64,000 nucleotides of DNA from Candidatus Daviesbacteria bacterium RIFCSPHIGHO2_12_FULL_37_16 (GTDB taxonomy: Bacteria; Patescibacteriota; Microgenomatia; Daviesbacterales; UBA10151), in NCBI GenBank assembly GCA_001776785.1, contig MFDF01000023.1:60432-124431 (forward strand). Reading direction: 5' to 3'. The position numbers were made by a program, and so were the translations under genes. Below, piece after piece: positions 1 to 10,030 of the stretch (within the stretch, counting starts at the first letter, position 1; every line of letters begins with the position of its first letter). The notes beneath the pieces were generated by a model. It saw only the letters and a program-made list of their open reading frames with translations. It made no database searches and was not told the origin of the DNA.

Positions 1-598
1 TCTAAAGCACTTCCTCCCCCGTCAAATGTTATGTTTTTAAAGTAGATATTTTTTAGCCTGTTTGTTGTTGCACAAGATAAAGCATCAGGATCCCTGTTTG
101 TTACAGCTAAACTAAAATCATGATAGTTAAGCGCTGTATCACAACCTGCAATCCTGCTTGTCCCAGCAATAGTAGCTCCTGGATTACCAATAAAGTGAAC
201 ATTGTTTTTACCAACTAAAGTAAAATTGGAATAATCTCCTGCAGGAAAATAAAGAGTTCCTCCAGAGGATGGTAGGGAGTCTAATGCAGCCTGAGTATTA
301 CCACCAAACTGGGTAGCAACATTGACCTGGTTTGATGGAGAATTTATATCAGGTCTGTAATTTGGTGATGAGGGATTAAAAGGATGATTTGCCCAATAGG
401 TTTCTACATCCTGGTTATAATCTATATTAATTGATGGAACTCCATCCCAGGGTGCTGCAGCGTGAGATTTGGATTTAGGGTATAGAGAGTTTAAGAGCTG
501 GTCTCTTAAAGGAGCGTTTGAAGATATTACAAGAAAAGCTAAAACTCCAACAATGGCAACTAGCAGTACAGGAAGATAAATTATTCCTTTTTGGGACA
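1..598 (-). CDS. Partial CDS (runs off the window, N-terminus at 598): secreted/anchored right-handed beta-helix protein, pectate-lyase-superfamily-like
   Basis: Translated by hand from the ATG at 598 on the reverse strand. No stop codon before position 1. N-terminal hydrophobic anchor (MSQKGIIYLPVLLVAIVGVLAFLVI). The motif GGTLYFPAGDY followed by VGKNNVHFIGNPGATIAG is typical of Pectate_lyase_3 / beta-helix proteins. Not in the supplied ORF track because it is partial. Confidence 0.45.
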
Positions 599-619
599 TG
601 AATTGTTTGTACATATCAT

Positions 620-2299
620 TTACTTAATTACACCTTCTTGTTTTAGGATCAAGACTAAGGCTGAGAAGTCTACAGCGTTTATTAATGAATCATCATTTAT
701 ATCAATCTCTGTTGGTAATCCAGTTGTCTTAGCCCAATTAGTCATCATTACAGACAGGTCAATCCTATCAACCCTTCCATCTTTATTACCATCACCTTTT
801 CTAAATTCCCCAACTCCTGGTTTAGTAACCTCTAGTTTTGGATCTGAAGAGTTAAGTGTTAGACCAGACCCTACTAAGGAAGCTATATAGTAGTACTCAG
901 GAGGGTTATTAATTCCGCCAACTCCGTCATCCTGGAACTCAGAAACCCAAGCAGAATTTGCAGTTGTTCCCACAAATGTGGCAGTTACAGGATTATTTAG
1001 TACACTATTAAATCCTAATATGCCATCATCCTCTCTTACCTCAAATGTCACTTGTCTTCCATTACATGCACTAGAACCTGTTACCCTAATAGTTACCAGT
1101 GAGCCCTGCATAACTGGATTTGAAGGTGTAATCCAGGCTGCATTAGTTAAGGTGCAAGTTGGTACAGGTGTTGGACTTGGAGTTGGAGATGGGGTTGGTG
1201 TTGGACCAGCTGAGCCAGTTGGTGTTGGGCTTGGAGATGGGGTTGGGGTTGCTCCAGATTGCAGAGTTAAAGCTAAATCAGTTGTTGAACCTAAAATATC
1301 CTGGTTATCTGAATTTCTTAAAATACCTGAAGTTGGTAAAATAGAAATAGTTGTGGGTCCAGCAGTCTTTGCCTTGAATGTAAATGCCATCATTTTAACC
1401 CCACTCCCACTTGTTTGGATACCAGGACTTGGTACTCCTCCTAAAAGTGAAACCTCACCAGTAGCATTATCATAAAACTGCTCAGCCCATTGGGTAATAA
1501 ATGAACCTGTGGGCTCAAGCCTGACAACTTCAAGTTTAGCTGCATCAAAACTCAATTTTGCATCAAATAAATTAGCAGCATCCTGATCACTTTGGGCTTG
1601 CAAAGTTACCAGAAACTCCTGCCCAACAGTTACAGGATTAGTATTACTAATTAAAGTGAAGCTTGCACTGCCTGTCTGTGAACCGATATTAATTGTCCCA
1701 TCACCTCTATTCTGCAAAATATTACTATTAGAATTGCTTGATATTGCCTGAGAAGCAGCACTAAAACTTATTGCTGCAACTCCAGATGCAATAATTGGTT
1801 TAAAAGTTAAAGTTGCAATTAACCCATCACCATTTACAGGTGCAACAGTTCCTCTAGATATGGTCACACTTCCAGGAGAGGTTGTGGTAGGTACTTCCAA
1901 TCCAAAACTACTACCAGTCCCATCTATGCTGACATATTCCAAAGAGGCGATTGGGTAATTAACTACTGCCTCAACAGCATTAATAGGTTCCCCATTAGTA
2001 TTTACCCTAACCTGAACCTGAAAATTCTGATTTTGTGTAGCTTGGGTAGTAACAGGAGATACATACACACAAGCAGTCCCAGTTGTTGTATTTTGACAAA
2101 CTGTTCCTGTTACATCAGCTTGTGAGGATGGTTTTTGGTATAAAAAACTAAATAAATTGTCCTTGAAAGGAGCACTTGAAGAGATAAAAAGATATGCTAC
2201 CAGCCCTAAGGCTGCGAGCAGTATTAAAGGGATTAAATGTACAATCCCATTTTGGAGTTTTAGTGTATTCTTTGCAGAATTAAAAAGCCTGGACAACAT
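620..2299 (-). CDS. Surface protein with two cohesin-like domains, a Pro/Thr linker and a C-terminal dockerin (two Ca-binding repeats)
   Basis: N-terminal TM anchor. PT linker TPTPSPSPTPTGSAGPTPTPSPTPSPTPVPT. C-terminus GDGNKDGRVDRIDLSVM...DINDDSLINAVDFSALVLIL is a classic type-I dockerin duplicated segment. Internal beta-sandwich segments resemble cohesin. Confidence 0.55.
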   Translation of the reverse strand: MLSRLFNSAKNTLKLQNGIVHLIPLILLAALGLVAYLFISSSAPFKDNLFSFLYQKPSSQADVTGTVCQNTTTGTACVYVSPVTTQATQNQNFQVQVRVNTNGEPINAVEAVVNYPIASLEYVSIDGTGSSFGLEVPTTTSPGSVTISRGTVAPVNGDGLIATLTFKPIIASGVAAISFSAASQAISSNSNSNILQNRGDGTINIGSQTGSASFTLISNTNPVTVGQEFLVTLQAQSDQDAANLFDAKLSFDAAKLEVVRLEPTGSFITQWAEQFYDNATGEVSLLGGVPSPGIQTSGSGVKMMAFTFKAKTAGPTTISILPTSGILRNSDNQDILGSTTDLALTLQSGATPTPSPSPTPTGSAGPTPTPSPTPSPTPVPTCTLTNAAWITPSNPVMQGSLVTIRVTGSSACNGRQVTFEVREDDGILGFNSVLNNPVTATFVGTTANSAWVSEFQDDGVGGINNPPEYYYIASLVGSGLTLNSSDPKLEVTKPGVGEFRKGDGNKDGRVDRIDLSVMMTNWAKTTGLPTEIDINDDSLINAVDFSALVLILKQEGVIK

Positions 2300-2342
2300 A
2301 CCTTATATTAAGTAACTCATATTAAATATAAGCCTGTCAAGC

Positions 2343-3959
2343 TTACTTTGTGAAAGTTATAATAAAGATCGTTTGTTTTAGATTTGGATTGTGCTCAACT
2401 GTGATTGGGCTTTCAGTTTGTGAGGATATAAATTTCGCTATATAGCCTTCTAATCCGCTGGAAAGCTTTAAGTTAGATTTAAACAAAAGGTGATCATAAT
2501 ATGGTTTTAGTAAAACGTTATAATCTATCCCTAATTGTGGGGAAGATGAGGTAATTTTTATCTTTATAATATGACCAATTTTTAGTATTTCTACTAAAAT
2601 TTTTGGATCTTTTTGGTCTGAGGATAAAAGTATTGAAAGTTCAATCAGTTTTTGGATCATAACCTCTATCCATTTTGAATCCAAAGGTATGGCAAAATCA
2701 GGGATAACATCTCCTGCAAATGGGGATTTTTGCTCGGTCATATTTATAGCTGCTTGTTCAGAGACTTCGTTAGCAGATAGAGAAAATTCAAGTTTTACTC
2801 CTAAGCTTTTGGCAAACACAATTTTTTGATTAACTATTTTTTTAGATAAAAGCGCAAGGTCAGTTAAAGTTTTAAATTCTTTGATTGGATGGTCTTCTAA
2901 TTCCTGGGCAATATTTAAATCTTCCTCAGATTTAGCTAAAAGTTCGATTTGTAAATCAAGGCTGGGAATGTTTGCTCTTAAAAGAGAGTTTCTGATTTCT
3001 GAAAGCAGCTTTAGATTGGAATTTTTTAATGGAATTAAATCTTGGTGAAGGGATTGACCTATTTTGGTAAATGCTTTTTCAGAAACAATAAATACAAGCT
3101 GGGTAACTTTGCTAGCTGAATCAACAATAGGTCTTAGCTGGATACTAATATATATAGGTTGGGGTTTTGTTTTAGTAGAAAGGGAAAAACCCTCAATTAT
3201 CCTGGTAGACCTGTCTTTTAGAACTATATCAATGTAGAGGCTGTCTTTAGTAGCAGGGTTATTTGTACTATCTAAGAGTTTTAAAACTTCTAAAGCAGGT
3301 TTATTTTTGTAGTCAATTTCAGAAAGCTTTAAATTGTTTTCAAAAGCTGAGTTTGCTGAAAGGATAATTAAATTGGGATCTGTTATAAAAACAATTTCTG
3401 CCAGACTTCTTAAGATTGATGCTTCTTTAGATTCTTGGATAACCAGTATATTTTTTAATTTTTCATAGATGGCTGACTTTAGATGGTATGTTCTATTAAC
3501 AATGTGCGAGAGTGGAATAATAACTACAAATGAGACAATATATAGAATTAATGTGAAAGGGTCCTCTTTAAATTTTTCAAGTAAGATTGGATTGTAATAA
3601 GAGTTGAAAACAAGAAGGGCAGATGATGTTGTTAAGAAAATTATTGAAGAGGGGAGGTTAACCAAGAAGCTTAGAGCTAGTGAGTAAAGGTGAATAAGAA
3701 TTAGAAATGGGCTGTAAAAACCTCCTGAGGATAAAACAAAGATTTGAACAAAAAGAGAACATAAGCTTATCAAAAAAGTGGTATTAAGGTTTTTTAAGAT
3801 TGGATTTATACTTTGATTTAATCTATTAGCTGAAACAATAAGGAAAATAATTAACAGGACTAAAATAATATTTACTATATTTGTAGGGATTTTATAGTAA
3901 ATTAAAGCTAAACTTAAAAGTGATGAAATTACTAAAAGGGTAGGAGTCAAAAAGGACAT
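2343..3959 (-). CDS. Polytopic membrane protein with a degenerate histidine-kinase-like C-terminal ATPase region; hypothetical sensor
   Basis: About 6 N-terminal TM helices. C-terminal SSGLEGYIAKFISSQ...TIFIITF resembles the G2/G3 boxes of HATPase_c. No canonical H-box was seen. Confidence 0.35.
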   Translation of the reverse strand: MSFLTPTLLVISSLLSLALIYYKIPTNIVNIILVLLIIFLIVSANRLNQSINPILKNLNTTFLISLCSLFVQIFVLSSGGFYSPFLILIHLYSLALSFLVNLPSSIIFLTTSSALLVFNSYYNPILLEKFKEDPFTLILYIVSFVVIIPLSHIVNRTYHLKSAIYEKLKNILVIQESKEASILRSLAEIVFITDPNLIILSANSAFENNLKLSEIDYKNKPALEVLKLLDSTNNPATKDSLYIDIVLKDRSTRIIEGFSLSTKTKPQPIYISIQLRPIVDSASKVTQLVFIVSEKAFTKIGQSLHQDLIPLKNSNLKLLSEIRNSLLRANIPSLDLQIELLAKSEEDLNIAQELEDHPIKEFKTLTDLALLSKKIVNQKIVFAKSLGVKLEFSLSANEVSEQAAINMTEQKSPFAGDVIPDFAIPLDSKWIEVMIQKLIELSILLSSDQKDPKILVEILKIGHIIKIKITSSSPQLGIDYNVLLKPYYDHLLFKSNLKLSSGLEGYIAKFISSQTESPITVEHNPNLKQTIFIITFTK

Positions 3960-3975
3960 TAACTTAATTTTAGCA

Positions 3976-4836
3976 TCAGTGCTTAAGTTTTTCTTCCCAA
4001 AAAGTTAATAGGGCAGTAGCATTAAATATTGAGGAGTAAGTTCCTGAGATAATACCTATAAGTAGGGCAACCACAAACCACCTGATGGATTCCCCTCCGA
4101 ATAATAGAAGAGCGATCAACACAAATACAACAGTTAGGGAGGTATTAAGTGAGCGGGCAAGAGTTTGGGTAATAGAAATATCTGCAACTGCTTCAAATTT
4201 TTTCGATAAGTTTTTTGGGAGGTTTTCTCTGATCCTGTCAAAAACAACAATTGTGTCATGGACAGAGAACCCGATTATAGTTAGAAGTGCAGTTACAAAT
4301 AATACATCAATTTCAACATTAAAAAAATGTCCAAGGATGGCAAAAATTCCTACTACAACTAAGACATCATGAATTAGGGCCGCAATTGCGGCAATGCCAA
4401 ACCTGAATGATGACGTCGGTTTGGGAATATTTCTAAATGAATAAGTGATATATAAAACAATCATGATACAAGATATTAAAAGTGCTATAAGTGCTTTCTG
4501 TTTTAACTCTTCCCCAATGATAGGTCCTACATTTTCTTCACTTCTAACTTCAAAATTGCCAAATTTATTTTTTAAATCTTGCTTTAGAGTTTGTAGTTTT
4601 TCATGTTCTATTGGTTTAGTCCTGATGATAAAAGTATTTTCTCCGGCCGGAGTAACTACCCCAAATTGTTCAAGCTCACTTTTGCTTACATTTTGTTCAA
4701 ATCTGTATTCAAGCAGTGCTCCTCCCGTGAAGTCTATGCCAAGTTTTAGTCCAGATATAATTAGATAAAAAAGTCCAGGCAGAATTATGAGGGTGGAAAA
4801 GATAAAAAATAGAAGTTTGTGTTTCATTAAATGCAT
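3976..4836 (-). CDS. secF: Protein-export membrane protein SecF
   Basis: N-terminus GLKLGIDFTGGALLEYRF and the overall topology are typical of SecF. Same strand as secD, upstream of it in the transcription direction. Confidence 0.85.
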   Translation of the reverse strand: MHLMKHKLLFFIFSTLIILPGLFYLIISGLKLGIDFTGGALLEYRFEQNVSKSELEQFGVVTPAGENTFIIRTKPIEHEKLQTLKQDLKNKFGNFEVRSEENVGPIIGEELKQKALIALLISCIMIVLYITYSFRNIPKPTSSFRFGIAAIAALIHDVLVVVGIFAILGHFFNVEIDVLFVTALLTIIGFSVHDTIVVFDRIRENLPKNLSKKFEAVADISITQTLARSLNTSLTVVFVLIALLLFGGESIRWFVVALLIGIISGTYSSIFNATALLTFWEEKLKH

Positions 4837-4906
4837 ATTGTTAGTTTGTAAGCTATTTAGCTAGTTAGTTTTCCTAAATAGCTTACTTGCTATCTTGCTT
4901 CTTAGC

Positions 4907-5242
4907 TTATTTGCTTCCTCTCTTTGATTCCTTAATGTCTTCATGCATTTTATTTTTGATGTCCTCTGCTGCTGTTTTGATTTTTTCTTCAATGTTGTTA
5001 ACTTTAGAGTTTAGGTGTTCCCAGATTTTTTCTTTGTCATCATTTGAAAGATGCTCCATAAAAATTTTTTTATCTTGTTCTGAAAGTTCTGAAAGTATTA
5101 CATCTAGTATGGTGTGATGAAGATTTGAATCAACAAGTGCAGCTAAGTGATTTTTTTCAGTGTCGGATAGTTCCAACTTATCAAGCTCTACAACCAGTGA
5201 TTCAATCTCTATTAAATGTGAGTAAAAATGTGTTTTGATCAT
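4907..5242 (-). CDS. Hypothetical acidic coiled-coil protein (111 aa)
   Basis: Clean ORF overlapping the upstream gene by 4 nt (coupled). No recognisable domain. Confidence 0.45.
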   Translation of the reverse strand: MIKTHFYSHLIEIESLVVELDKLELSDTEKNHLAALVDSNLHHTILDVILSELSEQDKKIFMEHLSNDDKEKIWEHLNSKVNNIEEKIKTAAEDIKNKMHEDIKESKRGSK

Positions 5243-6117
5243 ACTTTTGCTAAACTGTGTTCTGTTTTATTGACAGGTCCTAAAGGGATCTGGTCCTGAG
5301 GGTCATCAAGGAAGAAGTATAGTACAGGTCCTTTTCTTGGTCCACCTGCTAATCCTACCTCATGCATTACTTCTGGAGAACCTCCTAAGTGTTTGCCTGT
5401 CCACTCAGCTGGTCCTGCGTCCCCTATTACTGCAACTACTGCCTGGCCTGTTTTAGGGTTAACTACCAGCATTTTTCTAAATTTATAAAAATCCCTATAT
5501 TCTGCAACCCTTTCTGAGAATCCAGGAGAGAGAAAAGTCTGGACAGCCAGATAATACCTTTCCTGGGCCTCATCTTTTGGGGTAAACTGGGCTTTTGATG
5601 GAGTAAAATATCCCCATGCTCCAAGTCCAGGAGCAATGCCTGAGGATCCATACATAGCCCAGTCCTGTGCAGTTTTAGCATGGGCTTCTAAAGTATCCCC
5701 TGGATATCTATAGAGGTGCTGCTCTCCACCAATTACTCCATAAGTCCTGTTTAACCTTTTTCCATCTATCTCTGCTTTAATATCCAGATCTAAGTCTTTT
5801 TTAACTAGTTCTTCTACAACTTTTTCTTCAGTTGGTGTAAGAGCCCTGGTTTCTTTAGGGATTTTATCTGTAAGTTCTGCTGCCAATAGAGCATTTTTAG
5901 AAGTTGAAGCCCCAATTTTAGACTGGTCTTGCTGCGCTGGATGAGTGATAGGGACTGAAAGCCCTGGGGTAGATAAAAGCATAAGTCCCCCAAGGGTAGA
6001 GGCTGCTGCATTTCTAAAGTGTTTTTCAAAAAGATTTTCTGTAATGTCTTTGTTTCTTGAAATCCACTTTTTCCTTAGGTGTTCATAATGAGGCCTTTTT
6101 GATTTGAATAGGTTCAT
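5239..6117 (-). CDS. Hypothetical secreted protein, possibly an RlpA/3D-like double-psi beta-barrel
   Basis: N-terminal hydrophobic segment. VVAVIGDAGPAEWTGKHLGGSPEV resembles the DPBB (RlpA/3D) core. Weak. Confidence 0.4.
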   Translation of the reverse strand: MNLFKSKRPHYEHLRKKWISRNKDITENLFEKHFRNAAASTLGGLMLLSTPGLSVPITHPAQQDQSKIGASTSKNALLAAELTDKIPKETRALTPTEEKVVEELVKKDLDLDIKAEIDGKRLNRTYGVIGGEQHLYRYPGDTLEAHAKTAQDWAMYGSSGIAPGLGAWGYFTPSKAQFTPKDEAQERYYLAVQTFLSPGFSERVAEYRDFYKFRKMLVVNPKTGQAVVAVIGDAGPAEWTGKHLGGSPEVMHEVGLAGGPRKGPVLYFFLDDPQDQIPLGPVNKTEHSLAKV

Positions 6118-6118
6118 T

Positions 6119-7426
6119 TTATTTAGTTATTAATTTCAAAAATGTTTTGGTGATTGTTATTGCTGTAAACATTGAGACTAAAACCCCAATTGCCAGCGTT
6201 ATAGCAAAACCCCTGACAGGACCTGTACCTAAAAAGTATAGAATAGCTGCAGTAATTAATGAAGAAATATTTGAATCCCTGATGGATGACCAGGCTCTCT
6301 TAAAACCCTCTTCCAGTGCAGTTTTATTTGATTTACCCCATCTTTTTTCTTCCTTCATCCTTTCAAAAATTAAGATATTGGCATCAACAGCCATACCAAT
6401 TGAGAGAATAAATCCTGCAATGCCTGCTAAAGTTAAGGTGACAGGGGGGAGGATAAATAGACCTGTTTTAAAGATTGCTAAAACCAGTAGTGAATAAATT
6501 ATTAAAGCAATGTCTGCAACAATTCCTAAAAAACCATAATAAAAGGCCATATAAATCATTATAGTTAGAAGGCCTATTGCTCCTGCAGCTAAACTTTTAT
6601 TAACAGATTCCTGGCCCAGCGTTGCACCAATAGAGCGTTGCTCAATGATTTGAATTGGGACAGGTAAAGCCCCTGCATTTAGCTGGACTGCTAACTGTTT
6701 AGCAGTTTCAGAGGTGAAATTTCCAGTTATGACTGCGCTGCCACCAATAATTTCCTGCTGGACAGTGGGAGCAGAAACAGGAAGCTCATCTAAAAAGATG
6801 GGTAAACTCTTGCCAATGTTTCTTTTGGTGATTTCAGCAAATTTTTGAGCACCAACTGGTGTGAATTCAATTGAGACTTGGGCACCTGCCTGGGAACCAC
6901 CCTGGCCAAAAACAACAGTAGATTTTTTAAGATCTGCTCCTGTTAAACCTGTGGGTTTTGTAGTATCCAGTGAAATGAGGAGTCCACTCATAGTAGCAGG
7001 AATGTTTGGGTCTTCAACTATTTCCCTAAATTCAAGCTGAGCTGTTTTTCCAACCAAACTGGCAGCCTCAGAGGCATTTTGGATTCCCGGGAGGTCAACT
7101 AAAATTCTTCTGGAGTCACCAACTTTTGAAGATTGGACAACAGATTCAGAAACACCAAATAAGTTAACTCTTCTTTCTATGACAACTCTGGCTGATTCTA
7201 AAGCATTGTCTCTATCTTCTGAGGCGATATTTTCCATTTTGGTTTCCAGCACAAGCTGTGTTCCACCCTGGAGGTCTAATCCAAGCTTGAGAGGAATTGT
7301 GCCAAGTATTTCATTTGAGTTTTTATTGACTGCTGGAATTTGAAAGTTGGGAAGATTAACCTTAGGAAGGTCCACAAAAAGTGCAGCAAGAATAAGAATG
7401 ATAATAAGCCAAAGTTTAGTCCGCAT
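6119..7426 (-). CDS. secD: Protein-export membrane protein SecD
   Basis: Signal/TM then a large periplasmic domain then 6 TM helices (GLDLQGGTQLVLE..., ...IFERMKEE). Typical SecD. Confidence 0.85.
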   Translation of the reverse strand: MRTKLWLIIILILAALFVDLPKVNLPNFQIPAVNKNSNEILGTIPLKLGLDLQGGTQLVLETKMENIASEDRDNALESARVVIERRVNLFGVSESVVQSSKVGDSRRILVDLPGIQNASEAASLVGKTAQLEFREIVEDPNIPATMSGLLISLDTTKPTGLTGADLKKSTVVFGQGGSQAGAQVSIEFTPVGAQKFAEITKRNIGKSLPIFLDELPVSAPTVQQEIIGGSAVITGNFTSETAKQLAVQLNAGALPVPIQIIEQRSIGATLGQESVNKSLAAGAIGLLTIMIYMAFYYGFLGIVADIALIIYSLLVLAIFKTGLFILPPVTLTLAGIAGFILSIGMAVDANILIFERMKEEKRWGKSNKTALEEGFKRAWSSIRDSNISSLITAAILYFLGTGPVRGFAITLAIGVLVSMFTAITITKTFLKLITK

Positions 7427-7427
7427 A

Positions 7428-8012
7428 TTAAACTAATACCCCTTCCATCATTTCCTGTTCATCCCCAATTAACATAATTTTGGGCTGGACCAGGACATGT
7501 AAAATGAATGGATCCCTTCTTTTAACCCTGAAATTAAACTCTGCCTCATCCATATATGAATAGTTAATCTCTCTTTCTCTTTTAGCTTGTTCATCTGCAA
7601 CCAGGGATTGAAGTTCTGGAGCTACAATTTGACCAACTATTAATAAGTCTACATCTTCAGTATCAGATGATTCATTTTTTGCAAAACGGGTTGCCATCAT
7701 AGCAAATTTCACTTTTCCTAGAGTATGCTTATTTTTTACAATTGCTCCTGCTAAACCTGTTGATTTAACCACCATTCCTAAAATTTCAGGATAAAATTTA
7801 TAATCTTTTTTGAATCTATAAAGTCTTCTATTAGCCCTCCATTCAGATGAAACTAAACCATACTTTTCCATTCTGGCAAGCTCCCGCCTGACTGCGTTTA
7901 TTTCTTCATCAACCCTTCTGACAATTTCCCTGACATGGAATAACCCTTCTGAAGAAGTTAAAAAAAGAGTTAGAATTTTAACCCGGACTTTTGATACGAA
8001 TAGTTCCTCCAT
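7428..8012 (-). CDS. Winged-helix DNA-binding domain fused to a minimal nucleotidyltransferase (MNT-like) domain
   Basis: N-terminus VRVKILTLFL...HVREIVRRV is a wHTH. SDTEDVDLLIVG matches the NTase hG[GS]...D.D motif. Confidence 0.45.
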   Translation of the reverse strand: MEELFVSKVRVKILTLFLTSSEGLFHVREIVRRVDEEINAVRRELARMEKYGLVSSEWRANRRLYRFKKDYKFYPEILGMVVKSTGLAGAIVKNKHTLGKVKFAMMATRFAKNESSDTEDVDLLIVGQIVAPELQSLVADEQAKREREINYSYMDEAEFNFRVKRRDPFILHVLVQPKIMLIGDEQEMMEGVLV

Positions 8013-8036
8013 TAGACCTCCTTTCTAGGCAGAGGA

Positions 8037-9206
8037 TTAATACTTGACTGTATTACCTTCCGGGACAGTTTGAATCCAAATTTGACCTTTAACAAAACTT
8101 ACTTCTTTGCCCTTATCGTCTAAATATTTAGTCCTTGCAAGCCTATTGGTTTTATCCCAGGTGCCAACTATTGCTTTTCCATTCTGGAAAATTAAAGCTT
8201 TTCCTTTGCCTGTTGTTCCATATAAAAGATGGGCATTGCCTTCATAACCATCATTAGCCCTTGACTCTTTCTGGAACTGGATAACAACATTTTTAGGAGA
8301 TAGCTGTTTATCATTATTCAAATCTTTATGGTCGCTGCCATTTTTTCTGTGGTAACAGTTGCAGGTTGAGTCATAGTTCCATTCCACAGTGTAATCACCC
8401 TGAGACTGCCAGAAAGGTACTTCTATTTTTTGAGGGGTGTCAGGTTTTGCATCTTCAATAAATTTCCAGGGGATAAATTTTGCATCCCATTTGACACCTG
8501 CAGCATCAACTGCAGCCCAGCCTTTTTTAGCCCCAATCTCCCAAAGTTTTTGAGTGGTAGAATACATAGTGTGTTCTGTGGCAACTGGCCTGCCTAGCCT
8601 TTGGTAATCTCTCCAGAATGTTGGGAAGCCAATACCAAATTGGTTTAAATCTTTAATTTTATAATCAATAATTTGACCTAAAGCATTAGCAGGTCCTGGG
8701 CTGTTTGCTCCTCCTACATGGGCATAAAGGGCATCATATTCTGAGAGCCAGTCTAAATAATAGGTTCTGGCAGAGCGGACTGGACCAACCTGGACATCTG
8801 AAAGATTACAATAAAACAGGGCCATGAATCTAGTGATACCGCCTTCTGCTACAGCTTCATAAACAATATTTGCAGAAGAAAGACCTGATTGAGGGCGGGC
8901 TTCTGTGTGGTTTTCAATCATGACAGCTAAAGGTCTTCTTAGCTCCCAGGCATCTTTTGCCTGTTTTGTGTGCATTGAACCATCAAGGGGACAGCTTTCT
9001 GTTTTGGGGACATTTGGGTCCTCATCTACTGCTTGAGATGGACCTGGAAGAGAAGTGGTAAGGGTGCCGCTTCCTGCCTTAAAAGCTAGGTTAGCAAACA
9101 GAGAATAAGAGGCAGTAGTGGAAACTAAATAAACCACTACTGCCATGATAGTTAGGACTAAAGTTTTTTGAGTCTGGTTTAAGTTTCCCAAATATTTATC
9201 AAACAT
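8037..9206 (-). CDS. DUF3048 (YerB-like) secreted protein
   Basis: PLAVMIENHTEARPQSGLSSANIVYEAVAEGGITRFMALF matches the DUF3048 N-domain signature. N-terminal TM/signal. Confidence 0.55.
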   Translation of the reverse strand: MFDKYLGNLNQTQKTLVLTIMAVVVYLVSTTASYSLFANLAFKAGSGTLTTSLPGPSQAVDEDPNVPKTESCPLDGSMHTKQAKDAWELRRPLAVMIENHTEARPQSGLSSANIVYEAVAEGGITRFMALFYCNLSDVQVGPVRSARTYYLDWLSEYDALYAHVGGANSPGPANALGQIIDYKIKDLNQFGIGFPTFWRDYQRLGRPVATEHTMYSTTQKLWEIGAKKGWAAVDAAGVKWDAKFIPWKFIEDAKPDTPQKIEVPFWQSQGDYTVEWNYDSTCNCYHRKNGSDHKDLNNDKQLSPKNVVIQFQKESRANDGYEGNAHLLYGTTGKGKALIFQNGKAIVGTWDKTNRLARTKYLDDKGKEVSFVKGQIWIQTVPEGNTVKY

Positions 9207-9663
9207 TTTGTATTGCTTTTTTTAGAACTTCTTTCTCTTCTTTAGACAAATCCAATTCACTCTCACCCTTTTTTATGACTTTGGCATAAATCCTGGTACC
9301 AGATCTTGAGTGTAAGCTAGTTAAAATTGTGCCATTTAGCTTACCATCCAGGAGTACCAAAGAAAAGCTTTGATCCCCTCCAGTATCATTATAAGGGTTA
9401 TATTTTATAATCTCTACTTTTTGTATATGACCCAAACCCTCTTTTGATACATCTCTGACATGTCTTTGAAGGACATGTCCATCTTTTACAACTTCATCAA
9501 TGATATCAACCAATTCTTTAAACTTATTTCTGATATCACGAGCGCCTGATTTAGGAAAAAGTGAGCGTAAATAGTTTTGTTCCCTCCAGTATAAAAAACT
9601 TAAGATCCCAAGCCAAATAAGGGCTATTAAGATTAGGACCTGCTCAATTCCTACCGGATACAT
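9199..9663 (-). CDS. DUF4446-like small membrane protein
   Basis: One N-terminal TM plus a soluble domain. Frequently partnered with DUF3048 genes. Overlaps the downstream gene by 8 nt. Confidence 0.45.
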   Translation of the reverse strand: MYPVGIEQVLILIALIWLGILSFLYWREQNYLRSLFPKSGARDIRNKFKELVDIIDEVVKDGHVLQRHVRDVSKEGLGHIQKVEIIKYNPYNDTGGDQSFSLVLLDGKLNGTILTSLHSRSGTRIYAKVIKKGESELDLSKEEKEVLKKAIQNV

Positions 9664-9751
9664 AAGTTACTCTATTAAGAATAGCTTAATAATATAAAAG
9701 TTGTCAAACCCCACAATTTGGATCTTAGAATCTATATATTAATAATGTAGG

Positions 9752-10030
9752 TTAAGAGCGGGGGGATTGGAGTTTTTCCATTAACCACATTCTAATTAAA
9801 GTGGATAAGTTTAAACCTTTGCTTCTGGCTATTTGATCTAATCTATCTCTTAACTCTGCCTGCATTCTGATAGGAACTATTTTTTCTCTGGGCTTTTTTA
9901 GATCAAATATAATTTCTACTTCCTCAGTCTCATCTTCATAATCAGTTATATCATGAGTGTCCCAGAAGTGAGCTTCCTCTTCATAGGTCATTTTATTAAA
10001 ATTTGGTAATTTATTTTTTTTCTTTGGCAT
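9752..10030 (-). CDS. brnA: BrnA-family antitoxin (RHH/CopG-like)
   Basis: EEEAHFWDTHDITDY then a C-terminal RHH (LRDRLDQIARSKGLNLSTLIRMWLMEKL). Overlaps brnT by 20 nt in the canonical brnT-brnA order. Confidence 0.6.
   Translation of the reverse strand: MPKKKNKLPNFNKMTYEEEAHFWDTHDITDYEDETEEVEIIFDLKKPREKIVPIRMQAELRDRLDQIARSKGLNLSTLIRMWLMEKLQSPRS

Noticed and set aside
591-890. 99-aa + strand ORF at the left edge
   Set aside because: Lies entirely antisense to the well-supported beta-helix and cohesin/dockerin genes. Low-complexity translation. No start context.
978-1475. 165-aa and 61-aa + strand ORFs rich in GVG/LEL repeats
   Set aside because: Mirror translations of the Pro/Thr linker of the minus-strand dockerin protein. 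Antisense artefacts.
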